Assembly (NCBI RefSeq): GCF_000315625.1
Contig: NW_005434616.1
Location: 1-64,000, forward strand
Reading direction: 5' to 3'
Length of the DNA stretch: 64,000 bases
Source: Guillardia theta CCMP2712
Taxonomy: Eukaryota; Protista; Cryptophyta
Of this stretch, positions 51,895-64,000 are shown in pieces (position 1 is the first letter of the stretch; every line of letters begins with the position of its first letter). The notes under the pieces are model-generated. The model saw nothing but the letters and a program-made list of their open reading frames with translations. It did not search any database and was not told the DNA's origin. The position numbers were made by a program, and so were the translations under genes.

Positions 51895-53417
51895 ATGGAT
51901 GGAACGCGGGAGGACCTGCGCATGCCGCGGCTGTATGTGAGCTCCCCCGAGCCTGCTGATGAAGTGGAAAGGAAGGACGAGTTTCCGAGCGAAGCTGTGC
52001 ATTCTCTCATACAAGACGCAAACAAAGTGCTGCGCTCTCTTGACTCGAACTTAGGCATGCTTCAACGGCAAGACTCTTTCGCTGACGTATCTGATTCAGC
52101 CAGTGATTACAAGCTTGATGTGAGAATCTCAGACTGGCTTGACGAGAATGAGTTGTCCGAGTTCAAGGACACATTCAATAAGGAGCAAGTTATCTTGCAG
52201 CAACTAGCCGGGAAACATGCTGATAGGGAGCTGGCGGAAATGGGAATGAAAAATTTGAAGGATAGGATGAAAACTATCTCATTTGCTCGGAAAGCCCTTG
52301 AAGCAGGTGAATTGTTGTGGTACTTGATGACAGTATGAGCTTGACGTCGCTTGTGTAAGATACATCTTCGCAAGGAGTGGTGGATGATGCTTTATCAGAA
52401 ATCATCGACGAACTTTGGAATGATTGTGCTGAGTCCAACGGAGACTCTGATGTTTCCAGCATGCAACATGAAAGTAGGAAGGTGATTGAAACTGTAGAAA
52501 GTGCTGTACAGTGCGGCATGCCTTCACTCGACGAAGGTGAAGAGCATCACACAGTATTTGTTCAACGAAAAACGTTTCGTGGAGTGATTCGAAAAAAATT
52601 TACAAACTGTGAAGACAAAAAACTTTCTAGGAATTCTGCAGAGGTCTCGCAAAGAGGTCCCAAGGTAAATCATCACCTTCCTGTCGAACGATTCGTCGAC
52701 CTCAACTCAATCTGGCTAGGAGGACCAAATCCTGAATAGACTGAAATTCCTCGAAGAATCCCTTCAAGCATTGCAACACGGTAAAATTCTTGATTTGGCA
52801 CTTCCTTGCTTTTCGTAGCAGTGCGTGACTTCGCACTCTAGGGAATCAAGTCCAGACGGTGACAGTTGCTTGATCCTTTATGCAAACTTCCTGTTGATGT
52901 GAATCCTTCAGTCTGAGATGTTGAGAGTCCCAAAATTGGACAAGGTTGGAACAAACCGTTGACGCTATGGTTGATTATGGGCTAAAATTCATTACAGCAT
53001 CTCTCAAATAGCGCTGGGATCGGTATCCGGATCGATGCTGATGTTGTTGTCATATTGGCTGCTTTTGCTAGTGATGGTGATTCACAGGAAAATGGAATAT
53101 ACAAAATCATCGGGATGAAGGCAGGTGGCCCTGCCGACCGAGCGTTCCCAGCCCTTCAAAATGGAGATGCAATTCTGAGCATCGACGATCAGCCGATAGC
53201 TGGCAAGTCAAAGCAGGAGTTGTTCGACTTGTTCAAAGGGCTGCCTGGCAGCCAAGTGTCCCTGGAGGTCAGGTACCAGCCTGACTTGTACACAACCTCT
53301 CCTCTAACCTCTCATGATGAAGAAGGAAAGATGGAAAAGATGCACAGGAATTCACCATCAGGCTTACTAGAGAGTGAAACGAGTCAGGCCTACCAACTGT
53401 ACCAACTCTATAAGTAA
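51895..53417 (+). CDS. SAM-domain plus PDZ-domain scaffold protein
   Basis: ISDWLDENELSEFKDTFNKEQV...ELAEMGMKNLKDRMK (SAM); AGIGIRI...GGPADR...LQNGDAILSIDDQPIAG...GSQVSLEV (PDZ). Confidence 0.85.
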
Positions 53418-53607
53418 ATTAATCCGACCAGGCTTGGCTGCAGCAGGGCCGGAGTGCACTGCGGCAGCCGACTTGACTGCTGGGTGGGCCCTGCAGGGGT
53501 GGGCCCGGTGGGTTCTGCCCTGTTCTGCCCATGTGTTCTGCCCCAGGTTCTGCCCGGGTTCTGTGGTCTTGAGCGGGGATGAGGGACGGTCGACAGGACA
53601 CGGAAAA

Positions 53608-55080
53608 ATGGATAGTGTGTCGGGGGGCGGGGGAGAGGGAGAGCTGAAGAAGCGCGCCGGAGGAGGAGGAGGAGGAGGAGGTTTGTGTTTGAAGACAAAT
53701 GAGTCAAGATGAGGGGCCATACATGTAATGGCTGGTTTAGAGGCGAAGAGGAGCTATGTATTGAAGCCGAACCAGTGTAGAACTCAAGTTTTCTCTGCCA
53801 TGTTTTTAGCTGCCGAGAATGACCTTTTCGTAAGTCAGGATTTACAAGGAGACACATGTCAAATATCTAATTGCTGAAGGATAACGATGGCAAAAGAGAG
53901 CTCTGCGAAGAACAAGATGACGAATGCTGACTCCAAGAACAATGGATGGATGTAAGGGGCTTGATTTTGAAAGGGCGTAGCTTCTCTGACAACGCCCCAG
54001 CCTTCGTAGTCTCTGGGTTCTCACCAACGCGCTATTTTGGGTACCAGTGATAGGGCTGCCTACCTTGTCCTTGATCTTGTTGACTCCTGCCATGGGTGCT
54101 TCATAAAGATTTGATGAAAAGCTGAGTGTGACGAGGTGCTGCAGGGCTCACGAGAGTGCAGCGGCTTGTTTGGCGGTGCTCTACGATATATTTCAAGATC
54201 ACTCTATGGGCCACTGGTGCTGCATATACTGTGATCGGTCTGGAAAACCTTGATCCTGACAAGCACTATTTCTTCGCTTGCAACCACGAGGTATGATTCT
54301 ATGCTCGTCGCACAATGCGAAGCCTGATGCTTGAGATGCAGTCAATCTACGACATCCCTCTCGTGTTCGCTGCGTTGCCGTAAGTCATTGCGGACATTTT
54401 TCATGTCTTTTGAAAGCTTTTAAGGTTCTGGCTGATAGCGATCGCAAAATCGTCTGTCGCCTACTTCCCAATATTCGGATGGGCGGTTGGGTGAAACTCA
54501 TGATTTCGATACTTGGTGACCCAGCCTTCCAGGTTGCATGTGGTGGGACGATATTCATAGATCGCTCAGATCACAACAAAGCTGTTCATTCACTGGACAA
54601 GGGACGAAAGGCTCTGGAACAGCGACCTAGATCTGTGCTCTTGTTTCCAGAAGGTACGACTGATCCTTTCTGCTTGAAGTCACTGATTGGCAATGTACAG
54701 GAACAAGGTCATCAGACGGCAACGTGCGACCATTCAAGAAAGGAGGCCTCGTCTTGGCAATTCAAGCAAAGATGCCTGTGGTCCCTGTAGCGATTTGCAA
54801 CACGCGATCTATTCTTGGGGCGAAAGTCGACAGCTTCAAAGAAATCCATAAGAGCCCGATAATACTCATCATAGGGAAGCCCATCGAGACCTCAAGTATG
54901 GCGTATGAAGATAGGGACAAGCTCAGCGTCGATTTGCAAGCAGAAGTAGTTCGATTGAAAGAACTCTGGAAACAAGGTGTTGGCAAAAAGTACTGGAATC
55001 ACAACACTCAATCATTTTGGGGATGCTGGGTAGTTTTTCTTTATTATTTTGTATGTCTTTTTGATGTGTCTTGGGAATAG
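53608..55080 (+). CDS. 1-acyl-sn-glycerol-3-phosphate acyltransferase (LPAAT/PlsC family)
   Basis: Motifs CNHE|SIYD, IAKSS, GTIFIDR, LFPEG|TRS, PFKKGG, PVVPVAI. Start is inferred. Confidence 0.9.
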
Positions 55081-55311
55081 GTTCCAACACCGCCTTTTCC
55101 TGCGCCGTGTTGGGGACGGTAGGTTTACTAATGTTCATCTTGAGCTGATGTTACTTACAGAGTTCTTGACGGTTATAAGGATTTTCAGCTATGACAGCGA
55201 TGCGTACAGGAATAGTGAGAGTCTGGTCTGGTCAAATCGTTCCAATTTTGTCTTGGAAACTCCTGCGGTAGTGACAATACAGGAGACTTTCCTGCAAGTC
55301 TTGGATGTTCG

Positions 55312-57178
55312 TTATCTCAGCTGTGAACCATTTCTTGCGGCATCAACTAACTGTAAAATAGCTTTCGCAGTCTGATTGAGAGTTCAGTCGCACTTTGCTT
55401 TGAATAAAGAGCAGATGTGTTGAGCTACCTCCTCTGCATCCTCCTTGACAAACAGCAGCGAACCATGGCCCGCTCCTTCAACGACTTTCCTGTTCCATAC
55501 GTCCATGAGCTCCATGCTCTCGTCAGCATTTTGAGTCTACCGTGAGCTGTTTGAGGAGAGGGCAGCCTGCTCTAACTGAAATTCCTGCGAGAGGCACATT
55601 AGAAAAGCAGCATGAAGAGGAAAGCTTTACTTCGTGCAGTTTCTCCCGCACTGGATCTCCCTTGGCATTGGGATAGAGTCTCCCTCCAGCACCTCTTTGG
55701 GGATCTCTCGATACGATCATAAGCGGCATGTTGCCCAGCTGCGGGGGAACGTCTCAAGTGAGCACAACAGAAACTCTCTCAGTCAGGCAAGCACCTGTCC
55801 GGGTTTCATGATGTCCAGTGTTTGCATGTATTCCATGGAGTCTTTTTGAGATCCATGTTCTGAAATCATGGCAAGCATGCTTGCCGCATCACTCTGAGAG
55901 CAAAGATCAGGATTGGTGTGCTGGTGACTGATAGTAGAATCGACTTGTTCCGCTTGAAAACGTGAGCGAAGGTGCTCTGGGAAATGTGGACCCAGAATTC
56001 TTTCATTCTGTCGCGCGGAAACCTGCAGTGATGTAACCAAGCAACAATCAACCAGAGCATGCTCCTTGGAACAACGGCATTACCGCAACAGATCTTCCCA
56101 GCATATCGAAGAACTTCAGCACGTAAACGAAAAGAGGGAATTGCCAGCACAGCCTACTGAACTCAGGGCCGGAGATCAAGTACTTGAAAAAAGGTCACAT
56201 TGCATCAAGTATGGGCCGGCAGCAAACCATGATACGAAGAAGTCCGGTATTAGACAGAAACTTCAATCTTTTCTTGATAACGAGTCAAATCGCAGAACAT
56301 CCACATGAGAACGAAGCACCATTTTGTGTTCGGTCATTTCCCTAGAAGGGTAGCTGTTGTAAATGGAGTTGCCTTGCAGCTTCTGGAGCTGCTTCTCATG
56401 CGCAGCATCGATCAGCACAATCCCCTTGACCTGAAGGTTGAAGCTTCTTCATCAACCTCATGAAGGAGCTTCGAGGATCACCTGCTCTCGGTACAGGTGA
56501 GCGTAGAGCCGCACATGCATTCCTGAAGAGGAGTGTCCGACAAGAATCAGATTCTCCTGCGGCATCCCATTCATCAGCCAAGGGGCGGTCAAGATTTAGC
56601 CTGGAAGAACCTGAAGTTTCAGCTTTCCTAGAAGCTGGTAGGTGAGATCCACTATCGAGTCCACCCTCCGCAGCCATGATGGGCCTTTGTCGGGTGGGCT
56701 ATATCCCAGACCCGGCCTGTTGGTGGAGGGATACATGGATCACAACCTTGACGACATCATGAAAACTGGAGATCACCGGTCGAAACACACCACCCTCGTT
56801 CTACTGACAAGAACATCCTGCCACCATGTCAGGGCATTGATGAATCCGCTCTGGAAGATGGGTTACCTTAATCCAATGCCATGAAAGACTAGACATCCCA
56901 AGGCCGGCATCGAGGACAACAGTGAAGTTCCCTTCACCTTGCACCTCACAGTAAATCTTTTTGCCGTCCACGTCCACAAAATTCCCCATCAACTGCCTGA
57001 AACAGGGGGTATGAGAAGGAACCAGCAGGATCCACTAAGGCATTCTTTGAGCTGATCTCTACACATCATGAGCATGACGATGGTCGTACCTTCTCATCCT
57101 CCTTCTCTCCCGCATCACCACCACCAAGAATGCCGCTCCTGCAGCCATTGCCGTCGCAACGAGAGCTTTCCACGCCAT
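55312..57178 (-). CDS. Alpha/beta-hydrolase with N-terminal membrane anchor
   Basis: VVLDAGLG, FDR|PGLGYS, nucleophile elbow LILVGHSSSGMHVRLY, VKGIVLIDAAHE, catalytic His in VVEGAGH. Confidence 0.85.
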
Positions 57179-57403
57179 CGGGAAATCCTTTGCTCTCCTC
57201 ACATTCAACGTTACGACCGTTATTTGCTATTGATCCGCATCCTAGGTAAATACGACATGAAGGCAGCAAGGAAAGGGAGTGGCGAAGGGGAAACAGAGAG
57301 AAAAGCAGCAGCAGCAGCAGCAGCAGCAGCATGAGTAGCAGGAGGATGAGGAGGAGTTGTCTTGATGTGGGAGATTGATCCGACCAGCATCTGAATCCTA
57401 CTC

Positions 57404-60144
57404 ATGAAGTTCTCTACGAGAACCTGCTGCTTTTTCGCTGTGTTGGTGGGGTGTGCTTATTCGCTTCAGCACTCAACACACGGATCTTCAGATACTGAAT
57501 CAATCTTGGACTCACCTGTCCCGCCATCCGCAACGACCCTCCTTGGTGCGTCTGCGTTCAGATCTGGGAGGACAGGGGTGAAGAACTTCGTTGACGACGA
57601 AGACTCGGGTATGGTCCTCAGCACACCGACTTTGCGGACTCCTGGTCCGAGCATGCGGACTCCTGGTCCGAGCATGCGTACTCTTGGTCCGGAAGGAGAA
57701 GCAGAGTTGCATGCGAGGGAGAATCCGCGATCGAAGATCCAGTCTTTGCTGAGACAGCGATCGTCAATTCCTGAGCTATTGAGCTTCGAGGACAAGATAG
57801 CCGAAGAGGTCCTGGGCGAGGGCTGCAGGAAAGTTTTGGACGAGGAGACGCTGAGGATGGCGAGCGCGTCCATTAGCAACATGGGGTCTATGACTCACTT
57901 TACCAAGGTATGCGCACAGGATTCTCGTAACCTCTGACGAGATGAAATTGATCAAACCAGGGTCATGCTACCCTTTCGCTGGAAGCAAACATCAAGCGCA
58001 AGTTGAAGTCAAAGAATGCAGTAGCCAGAGACGTTGAAGTAGTTGTACCTGACGACACAAATGTCGTCGAAGCGTTCTCATTCGTAGGGAACGAACGAAG
58101 AATAGTTTTGATGAAACCAGGGTACTACCAGGTCGACTCCTTCAAACCTACCCGGTAAGTTCATGATTGACACATTTCTGCTTCTTTGTAGATGAGTGAC
58201 TTCTTGCAGCAATCCTGCTTCACGAGTTGATGTCGTAGAGCCAATTCTTGTCGACGGATGTGCTTTTGTGAGTCCACACGAGGATGTCAGTAGACAACCT
58301 GCACGATGGAAACAATCGGACGAAAGTACTCGACGAGGTCTAGAAGAGAGACCAGAGTCAGTAGTCATAGAGGGACAATTTTTCATGACAGAAAGATCAA
58401 ATGGAAACTTCTACAGCATTCGCTTTCAAGGAAGCACTGATTCGATCCCATCTAACGGAAAGGAGGATTGCGACGATGATTCCTCCATCATGCTGCTTAT
58501 CCGAGGCGGTCCCTGGAAGTTTGAGCGATGTGACATGAAAAGTTCGGAAGGATGGTATTCTTTCTGTGCATGCTCTGTGAGGAGTCTCATCTCACTGTTC
58601 CTTCAGCATCTGTTCTATCACCCAGAATTCTACTGTTGAGTTCATCTCTTGTAAGTTCGGGTCAACACACAGGTACGATTCTAGTTCAAAGATTCTCTTT
58701 CGATTCGAAGAACTGAAGCTTTTCTCTAGCTCAGATTCGCAATATTCGAATGCTATCGCAACTTATGAGAGGAGCTTGTTGATAGTGAAAGATTGCGTGT
58801 TCCGGGATGCGGTGAGACCAGGTGTGAGATCCTATCACACTGAAACGAGGATTTCTTCAGAGCCTTGCAGCCATCAAAGTTTCCGGAGCTTCAAAGTCTA
58901 AAATAATGGAGAGTGGATTTGAAAATAATTGCTTTTCTGTCGGTATGTTCATGCAAGCGTTCGTTCACATAGAACGATGCGCTTTCTTCAGGTTTTGATG
59001 CGATGTTCCTTTTGAAGTTTCTAACAAGTATTCAGGACATCATCGTCTATCTTCGTCTTAGACTCAGATTGGACAGCTGGCGATCCACAAGAGAGACAAG
59101 GCTCGAGCATGAAAGGTGTCCACACTCCGATTTCCTCGCAACCTTCTCACCATCTTCCTGCAGTACTCGACTGCATCTTTGATGACCTTCCATGGACTCA
59201 GACCCAGAGACCGATCTCCTTTTCTGAGCGCAACAACAGGCTCCTGCTGCTGCGACGGAGGAATGGAATATGGGGGGAGGGGGGGAGGCTAGAGGATAGG
59301 GAGTGCTTCACCCCGACTTCCTCTAGCCGCAAGAAATGGGTCCTGATGGGGCCAAACATGACGGCGCCACCAGCTGGGCTACCGATAGGTGGAATGGAAA
59401 CGTGGGTCCCCTACGGTGAGCGGAACCAGCCTCCGGAGAAGATGGCGACTGATAAAGAGCAGGTTCCATCGAAAGTTTGACAGAGGATGTTCCCAACTTC
59501 TCGCCGGAGGGCACCGTGAACTCGGTACTCCGTGCTTGATGTATGTCGTGCCTGGACGACTGACTTTATGTCATGTTTCCTTCGAATCTCTCCGGATCAG
59601 TGGCTGGAAGCTCTTGCGGGTAGTTTGTCGTCTTCCTTGGATACGCACGGGGGGTTGACTTGTGCAACAGAGGCAGGAAATCTGGACGGCGTGTCAAAGA
59701 ACTTCACGTTGCTAAGAGATCTGTTGAATTCTACAGGCAGCTGATCTGTCGACGCATCAAGGCCTGACGGGATTCCAGGTGCTCTTGGACTCCTTGGACA
59801 TGGATTCATCGACCCACCCCTTGTGGGCTTTCCCCCCGAGTTCCTGCGAAAGTTTCCCCAGCTGAGAGCAGCAATTGAACAGCAGCAGCTGGCGGCTGCA
59901 AGAGAAGGCACGCATATCTACCAAGGGTTGTTCAATGGGCCCTCGAGGATCAAGGTCAGCGCTTGGTGGTGGTGGTGGTGGTGGTGGTGGTGGTGGTGGT
60001 GATCTTGGCGGTGCTTGACTGCCTTGTTAGGCTCTTGAAAATCTCAGGATGGAGTTGCAGCTGTCAGATCAGATCTTGGATGAGAGCTTGGCGACCTCGA
60101 AGGAGCTTCTGCAGCTGTTCTCCAACCTCACCAGCGCTGCCTGA
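57404..60144 (+). CDS. Hypothetical signal-peptide protein with probable beta-helix (pectin-lyase-like) segment; may be two genes
   Basis: Signal peptide MKFSTRTCCFFAVLVGCAYS; 21-bp repeat RTPGPSM; exons IRGGPWKFERCDMK, LIVKDCVF, FENNCFSV; terminal exon ...LFSNLTSAA*. Confidence 0.5.
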
Positions 60145-60323
60145 CCACACTCGGTCTGTTAACGCTGTAGGTCCCGTGTACGTATTGTATCAAAGTAATG
60201 TCAAGGTTTGAACTCGTGTGGACGCTCCTTCTAGTGCGATCTGCTCTCATTCTTGAGCTCATCTCACCCAGGCCTGTAGTGCAGCTCTTCCTCTCTGCAA
60301 CCCTCCATCTATCTCTCTATGTA

Positions 60324-60372
60324 TCAGTCAGTCAGTCAGTCAGTCAGTCAGTCAGTCAGTCAGTCAGTCAGT
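60324..60372. repeat. (TCAG)12 microsatellite
   Basis: Seen directly. Confidence 0.95.
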
Positions 60373-60741
60373 ATGTGCGTATGCCTGCCTTCCTGCCTTC
60401 CTGTCTCCCTGTCTCCCTCAAGCTCTCATAGTCTCCCGCGAGTTTGCGCTCGCTCGTTTTTCACCTTTATTGACTGAAAAAGAAAGGCAAACCGGAGCAA
60501 ACAAAGGAGGACGATAATATTAGTCACATGGTTGAGTAATCAAGAAGTGGGGAATGTCGGGTCGCATCACAAACATGGCGGTGCAAGGAGTGAAGATTTG
60601 AGAGGAAGAGACGCAGAGAGGTAGAGAAGTAGAGAAGTAGAGCAGAAGAAGATGCAGGGAGACAGAGGAAGAGGAATGGAGGCAGGAAGGAGGAGGAGGG
60701 AGGAAGGAGGAGGTAGGACGACGGGCACGTTGCGAAAAACA

Positions 60742-63633
60742 ATGCAGAGAACATTCCATGGAAGCATTCTTTCGAGTCTCATGCTCATGCTCTCCCTTCG
60801 CCAAACCACATTCGTTGCTTCATCCAAGTGTTATGGGCTTGCCTTTTCTCCCTCGCTATGGCGGGTGCAGTCAAGCCGCAGCAGGCTGACTTGTTCCTTC
60901 GACTCGCGGCTATGTTTGAAAATGTCCCCCAACAACGCAACAACGCCGACGTCCGAGCAGGATCCAGCGGAATTCGATGTGGCTGCACGCATCGCAGCAG
61001 CAGCAGCCAAGATTGCTGCAAAGGAAGAAGAGATCTACAACAGAAACATCGGTCAGAACTTCCGACGTTATGATCCCTTTCATAGAGCCATCCTGGAGAA
61101 AGTGGTAACTCAATGCTGCAGTTCCCCTCAAGTCCTTCACTGACAAGGATTCTGCTGCACAGGGCGAGAAGATGGGACCGGTGGATTTGAAGGAGATCGA
61201 AGAGCTCGAGCTCGACACTCCAGTGAACTTGCCGCAAATTCAGGATGCACCAACAGTCCCGACCTCGCAAGGCAGGGGTGGAAGGTTCAGCTCTGACAGG
61301 AAGAAGATTGAGAAGAAATACTATGAGCCCCCTCTCAATGCAAAGAAGGCAAGGAGACACTTCAGATACAAAGTCCGTGGAGGAGACTTGTTCGTCAAAG
61401 TGATCCTGACTGGAAAGGACTGTAAGATGCAGTCCAGTTTGGCCTGCCTTTTTGTAACCTTTCCATTTCGGGCCTGCCTTCAGTTCAAAAGTCGTATAGG
61501 CCGAGGTGGTTGTATTGTATCAATCTACCTGATCATTCTCACTCTTCCACTGTAGCGATGGGACAGAATTTGACTTCTTGAGTGCTGGTGGTGGCGGAAA
61601 CAACAACTTCATGGTACACTAGTTTGCGATATTGGAGTTCAACAAGTATAAGGTTGTTTCATCAGGATTCTCTTATCAATGAGTCAAACGAGCCTGGGGG
61701 TCTTGTTCTTGATATTCCCAAAGAGCTGCAATCGATCATAGGTGGAAGAGCGTCTTCCAAGCTGACTGTGTTGAGATTTTTCTTCAGCTGGTGCTGGCAG
61801 TTCAGCAGTCGAGAAGAAACGGCCATACCCGTTTGATTACTACGAAGGAGAGCAGGTGACTTGCAAATGTTCAGATCCCCTTACTGCCCTGGTTTGACGA
61901 GCTTACACCTGTTGGACATTGAACAGGAATCGTTGAGAGACATCAGAATGTTCAAATCGGTCATATATCCTCAAATCGTTGCTGCATGGCTCAAAGTTGA
62001 AACCTCCGCAGATTCCAGTTCCTGCACCTCTTGTAGCAGGAGACCTGTGGGATGATGAATACATACGGAATATGAGATCTGTCAACAAGAACGTGAGATA
62101 TCTCTCCATCACTTTCAAACGTTTTGTTATGATTCGCTGCTAGGTATCAGAGCTCGTTTCAGGGGGATATGGAGTTCTGGAGTGGGTGGAGATGAAACGG
62201 GTATGAACATTCATGATGTGAATCTCCGAGACTGACATGCCGGTTTGCATCAGAGCATCACCCCCAACCTTGTTGGAAGAGTCGCTGAGCAGGCATAGAA
62301 TTGTGAATGGCAAGGAAGTGGAATTTGATGATATTGCCTCCAGCTTGCGGCCCTTCACTTGAACTCCTTGGAGAAATCAAGAAATCATGGATATCACATG
62401 GACACCTTCCTTGGGCAGCGTAGACAGAGAAACAGCGAAATGAAGGTTTCTGAGGCATGGAGCAATTTCACTTTGACTCATGTGAGCTTAGGACTTCCTT
62501 GAGTTTTTTGCGGAAAAAAGATTGGAACCAGAAATCCGTGATGCATCAGCAGCGAAAGAAAGAGTGGATCGGTCTCCCTCCAAGTCTGAAATCTTTGGAA
62601 TTGACTTGCTCTCAGCTCTGCCGAGTACAGTGACAATATCCGAGATAAGATTGGATTCTTTGGAAACAAGGTCAGTAAGATAAATTTCATCTAATCATCT
62701 TTAAGTGTTCGAAAAAGATACTGGAGCGATTAGTCGATAGCCATGTGTGGAGAGAAATCTTTGCGCCAGTGCTTGAATCAAGTCCTTCGATGTTGCACGG
62801 AGACATCTGGTTGGGAAATATTGCTGTAAGAAGTCAATCAGCTCAGAGAGCCACTAGATTCTCACACTTCGTTGCAGGAAAAAGGCGACAAGACAGAATT
62901 TGTTTTCGGACCTGCCAGTTGGCATGGGCCAGCTGAGTTCGATCTTGTACGCGGATCGTAATTTTCTACTTGTGATTGATCTCTCCGCAGTCGGTAGGGG
63001 AAACTTTTGGAATGCCTCAAAGGTTCTTCGAAGGTTACCATCACTATAACCCAAGGCTGGAAGGGTACTCCCTTGCTCTTGCGAAAGTTTGGCAGCAAGT
63101 TGATTTTTACTTTTCAATTAGGTACGAGATGAGGATGAAAGTGTACAAGCTTTATCACCTCTTGAACCATCTCAATCAGCCCTCGGATTACAAGTACAAC
63201 TTCAACATCGCGCGTGAGCCACTGTAAGTGACCGCACAATCGAAGTTTGCTAGAGCAAGAGTAATGCCTCATAGGTTCGAATATCGGCCCGACAATCTCC
63301 TAGGAGGAAGGACCTTGACAAACTTCAACAGTCAAGGGGTATCGCATCAACTCTACTGCAAGTGTCGGTCGGGTCACCTTACTCTTGCAGGTTCTGAATC
63401 CTGGGAAACATCAATACCGGTCAGAGATGGAGATGATCACTCGTGGAGGGTGGTTCGACCCAGAGGTCGCCTTGCTCCTTTGACATCTGACATGCTCTGA
63501 ACTTTAGCTGCAGTTTTATCTCAAAGAAGTTATGGGCCTCATCTATGAGATTCGCGACGTCCACCCCCCGCAGCAACAAGGGCAGATCTTCAAATTTTGG
63601 GGCAAAGCCAAGAAGCCCTCGAGGGGGTTTTGA
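60742..63633 (+). CDS. Fructosamine/ketosamine-3-kinase family protein, probably plastid-targeted
   Basis: LFVK, PSMLHGDIWLGN, FVFGPASWHGPAEFDL, FFEGYH, RMKVYKLYHLLNHLN; leader ...YGLAFSPS. Confidence 0.85.
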
Positions 63634-63717
63634 TCAGTTGCGACTGCACATGTAGGAAATTTCTATGAGAGATGATCAGGGAGGTTGTATGAAAGCGACC
63701 CTGTCTCTGTCTTGCTT

Positions 63718-64000
63718 TCATGTTTCCATAACATTCTGCAGTCTTGCATAGATGATGAATTCAATGTTCCCGTTGGGCCCTGTAATGGGACTCTGAGTGA
63801 TCCCTTGCACCTTGTCATTCCTTGTCAAGCGCGATCTCGCTTGCTGATACGTCAAGGACGTTACCTCCCATCCAACCGATTTCAACCACGAAGAGACTTC
63901 GGAGCAAACCCTCTCGTGCACTTTCCCGTCACGCACAACTTCCAAGAGCACGTGAGTGGAGAGCGCAAGATCGCAAGATTCAACCTCCAGTCCCCGATTC
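63718..64000 (-). CDS. tlyA: TlyA-family rRNA 2'-O-methyltransferase, 3' end only
   Basis: VVRDGKVHERV...GWE|VQGITQSPITGPNGNIEF matches the TlyA C-terminus. Confidence 0.85.
   Translation of the reverse strand, partial: NRGLEVESCDLALSTHVLLEVVRDGKVHERVCSEVSSWLKSVGWEVTSLTYQQARSRLTRNDKVQGITQSPITGPNGNIEFIIYARLQNVMET

Noticed and set aside
56530-56550. Hydrolase GHSSS as an inactive nucleophile elbow
   Set aside because: The catalytic Ser and His are present, and small-residue substitution at the second Gly is tolerated in the family.

Overview
Eukaryotic, gene-dense nuclear DNA with many short (~45-60 nt) GT-AG introns and one 100-N assembly gap (17051-17150). Bipartite signal+transit leaders with an 'AF' motif, a plastid trigger factor and the gene families present suggest a cryptophyte alga such as Guillardia/Hanusia (inference). 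About 20 protein genes were reconstructed by eye across introns. They include trigger factor, a GGQ ribosome-rescue release factor (C12orf65/MTRFR-like), LETM1-like, CARNMT1/N2227 methyltransferase, a SPRY-like+cNMP-binding protein, an HTH protein, a centrosomin-CM1 coiled-coil protein, NOPCHAP1/DUF4598-like, SAM+PDZ, LPAAT, an alpha/beta hydrolase, fructosamine-kinase-like and partial TlyA. Two very large surface proteins stand out: a ~5,300-aa polycystin-1-like receptor (TIG, ~25 filamin repeats, REJ, GPS, 5 TM, EF-hand; no PLAT and no channel domain) and a Sib/integrin-beta-like secreted protein ending in two LysM domains. The most unusual non-coding signal is a perfect 8 x 29-bp array over the release-factor start codon, forming a chain of seven stop-start-overlapping uORFs. 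There is also a 53-bp inverted repeat and an unexplained frame break near the 5' end of the giant gene. Exon boundaries are manual estimates; no database searches were run.
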